This document shows, in pieces, positions 46,831 to 49,923 of a stretch of DNA of 49,923 nucleotides (its first letter is position 1; every line of letters begins with the position of its first letter). Position numbers and translations under genes: made by a program. The notes beneath the pieces were generated by a model. That model was not told where the DNA came from, did not search any database, and was given only the letters and a program-made list of their open reading frames with translations. This DNA comes from Psilocybe cubensis. Lineage: Eukaryota. The stretch is from positions 3,286,001 to 3,335,923 of the forward strand of contig CM039005.1 of NCBI GenBank assembly GCA_017499595.2. Direction: 5' to 3'.

Positions 46831-46931
46831 TAGGGTTTAGGGTTTAGGGTTTAGGGTTTAGGGGGGGAGCGAGCACCGAGCGAAGCGAGGTGCGAGCGAC
46901 TTGTTTAAACTGTGAGTTAAATGGAAAGAAG

Positions 46932-46994
46932 GCCAGAGGGCTGTTGATTGTTATCAGCAGCCAGCCCTTTCGTCTTTATAGACTCTTCAGTGGC
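46932..46994 (-). ncRNA. Type I hammerhead ribozyme (covariant stem III)
   Basis: Same as 40995-41057. Confidence 0.88.
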
Positions 46995-47704
46995 TATTCT
47001 TAGAAGGAATGTTCTGGAACATCCGATGACAGCGCGTGAAGTGATGCTGCGCAGCTGTCATGTATCTTACCGACTATCACAAATCTGTCAATGTTTATTG
47101 TCAAGTTAGACAGATCTCTGATGAACAGAGTGTCACGGGTCGATGTGGCACATGGTAACCTGTCAAAAGTGGATCCAACACTTTTGTTCTTTGACATCGT
47201 GGGTTATTGACTGTGATGTGAATCACATGGATATAAAATACTCTGGTTACGTGGCTCCGAGTAACCGTGACATGGGAATATTCTCATGTCAAGAGTATAA
47301 ATAGCTTACCTGGGTCCTTACCTAACAATCAATTGATTGATTGTTGTGAATCTTAATTGGACAGTTCATGATCCGGTCCATCAAAAATGTTTCCACGGTA
47401 CTAAGGAACTTTTCCCGAGGTACTAAGTAACTTTTCCCATGTACTAAATTAGATCCGGCCCTTCACAATCACATGCCTTTCGGAAGTTCACACGCCTACC
47501 TTACTTCCTACTAAGGTTAGACTTAGTTAGCTTAGGGTTGGGGTTAGGTTAGGGCTTAGGGTTTAGGGTTTAGGGTTTAGGTTTAGGTTTAGCTATTTAA
47601 TCCAATGTGTTGCTTGTAAGTAGATGTTTGTTACTTTGTAGCAAGGAATACTTACGGTTAGGGTTTTTTTCTAATGCTTTACGCCTTACGCGCTAGTATT
47701 CTTT

Positions 47705-49780
47705 TCATCGGTTGTAAGATTTGGATATTCTGCCGAATTCTGGATGTTCCCTCTCTTGTGAGATTGAACGTCTATGAAGTATTATCTCGTTATCACTTTC
47801 GATACTTATCTGTTCAGCAGCTTCAACTAAAGCAGAATGATAAGTTTCATTAACGTTTTGAGTTTCGGGAACAACACCACCTTTTTCAGCGATGTCTTCA
47901 TCCAGTTTACGAAAGACTGTTTTCTTCCACACATTTGCAAGGTCGAAAAGATTAGTATTGCGTTTTCGCGATACTATCCAACGACTTCCGAGTAGTCCTA
48001 TCTTCCTCAAATCCGGTACGAACTCAGTTTCTCCGTCCACGAGGATCTGTGTGAACAGCTCCGGGCGAACATCATCGAGGTCGTGAACGTAATTTGGATC
48101 TGGTTTGATAAGGGGTCTGGACGAGTCTGCACTATACAAACCTTTCTCGGCATGTTCATACCATGCCGACCAGTACTCGGTAACAGTTTTTCCAAGTTCA
48201 GCAGCTGAAAACCAATTCCATACCTGATCAAATCTGGTTTTAAGTACAAGAATGGATTCGTCGTGCTCTGCGACTCGTAAAGCGAATCGCTTTTCCCAAC
48301 GTTCTTGTATATTCTTCTTACACCAAGACATGACTAGGTTTTCGGGATAACCGCGCATCAAATAGAGAGCGTTAAGGTCTCTAATTGCTCCGATGTAGAT
48401 TTCCTTGGTACTACATAGCACGGCTAACCTGGATAACTCTCCAATGTAGACGCCACGTTTGACGTCCAAAGGATGATGTGATACCCATGGAACTCGTTCT
48501 CGGTTGTTTCCTGTCTTGACAAATGGCTTCCAATGAAGTTTTCCAGACTCCTTGAATATGAAAGCATCGAGAAATTGACATCCCGACGAGGAAACAGCCC
48601 ATTCGATAACACAACCATCGAACTTTATTGTTTCTTTAATAAGATTAAGTGCAAGTGCTTCGGACTCGGCGTAAACAATTGCGAAACAATCGTCGATGTA
48701 CCTTCCATAGAAGGCCACGTTTGGGTGGTCTAAGATTTTTGACTTTATTTCAAAATGGGCTCCAAAGAGGTTAGCAAGGTCCGGAGAATCCGCGACGCCC
48801 ATTGCGAGGCCATTTTTTTGTCTAAAATATCTAGACCCATGTTGTGTTATCAATTGCGTATTGCCAATCTCGATAGCACGTTTAAAGATGCCCAATTTAA
48901 CCAAGTTATTCTCTAACGAATTTGGATTAATATGGGCTAATGCAGTGTTTTCTTCCGAAGCGTTGAGTAACCATTCCTCGTACATATTACAAACGATTTC
49001 GATGCACAAGTCCAACGGAATATTGGGATAGAAAGCAACTACATCCCCGGTGACAAAATACCATTGTCGTTTGGGGTCTATACGCAATTGGCTTAATCTC
49101 GTAAAGAGATCCTTCGTTCCGTGAATGATTGAAGGAGTCGATTTAATAATCGGCTTAAGCTCTTTTGATACAAACTTGGCTGCAGGATTAAATACTACAG
49201 AGTGACACGGAATTATGGGCCTAAATCCAGTAGGTTTTTTGTGGATTTTAGGTATACCATGAAATTGAGGGTACTTGAACGATGATCCGTCTTCCGGTAC
49301 ATTCGATAGAAAGAATCGAGACAACCCAAGTTCAAATAGAAACAGATGTTCATCTTCGACGGTACGTGCAAGAGTTTGCATCTGGATCATTTTGCTCTTC
49401 ATTACTTCTTGCGCAACTTCGAATTCTAACTCTTCATAGTTACGTTCATCTTTAAGAAGATTGAGCTCATTCCTTAATATCCAGTCGCGTTCAGACACCG
49501 CGAGGCCAAGATTCTTATCTGTCATCGTAATAACATAGTTGTTATCGATAAGAAACTTACGGATCTTGTCCCTTTTAGGAGAGAACGCGTGCTTTCGCAT
49601 CTCCGTAAGGGCTTCTTCCGGGATACTTGCGATCGTGCGTTGCACGTACCGACGTCCCATCGAAAGGCCAAGTTCCATGTATTGCGGTAATACTGGAGGT
49701 TTCTCTTTCTTTTTTGAGCTTACTCCGTAATCTGGATCAAAAGGTTTGTTCATGCCTTCCTTAAACAAAAAATAGATACG
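47705..49780 (-). pseudogene. 5'-truncated RT ORF (RT core retained)
   Basis: About 690 codons collinear with copy F; no native start codon. Confidence 0.88.
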
Positions 49781-49923
49781 GTTAGGGTTTAGGGTTTAGG
49801 GTTTAGGGTTTAGGGTTTAGGGTTTAGGGTTAGGGTTTAGGGTTTAGGGTTTAGGGTTTAGGGTTTAGGGTTTAGGGTTTAGGGTTTAGGGTTTAGGGTT
49901 TAGGGTTTAGGGTTTAGGGTTTA
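49781..49923 (+). repeat. Terminal telomere, (TTTAGGG)n with occasional variant units
   Basis: About 20 tandem TTTAGGG units run to the end of the window, G-rich strand on +. They join directly to a truncated retroelement ORF (...aatagatacg|gttaggg). Confidence 0.97.

Larger units (their letters stand above)
20369..49780 (-). mobile_element. Tandem array of telomere-associated, endonuclease-deficient Penelope-like retroelements (Coprina-type)
   Basis: Repeated minus-strand RT ORFs carry Penelope-type motifs (TDKNLG, FHGIPKIHK, RPIIPC, GDVVAFYPNI, QKNGLAMG, GRYIDD, FLD, HP..VKRG) and no recognisable endonuclease. All copies have the same polarity, 5' truncations are capped by telomeric repeats, and 3' ends abut telomeric repeats. 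Confidence 0.92.
46861..49780 (-). mobile_element. Element copy H, terminal and 5'-truncated
   Basis: Module plus ORF fragment, capped directly by the terminal telomere. Confidence 0.9.

Overview
This window is a eukaryotic chromosome end, most likely from an agaricomycete fungus (inferred from 50-70 nt introns and the protein families). It terminates in a (TTTAGGG)n telomere at 49781-49923. The distal ~29 kb (20369-49780) is a head-to-tail array of an endonuclease-less Penelope-like retroelement (Coprina-type), all copies on the minus strand with 5' ends toward the telomere. It holds four intact ~1176-aa RT ORFs, three 5'-truncated ORFs and several copies of the ~0.7-0.85 kb terminal module, separated by short telomeric tracts. 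Twelve terminal modules carry a type I hammerhead ribozyme on the sense strand, thirteen carry a symmetric GA-mismatch/GCGAAGC hairpin on the cDNA strand, and those long enough carry an internal telomere-like tract. The ORF appears to contain an optional 61-nt intron that would switch translation from the RT polyprotein to a ~364-aa protein with a basic tail. The proximal 20 kb is subtelomeric. It contains a near-identical >=7.1 kb duplication that includes a fossil healed chromosome end, GC-rich minisatellite blocks, a TBC RabGAP gene fragment and degenerate telomere-like repeats. All calls were made by eye; no searches or folding programs were run.
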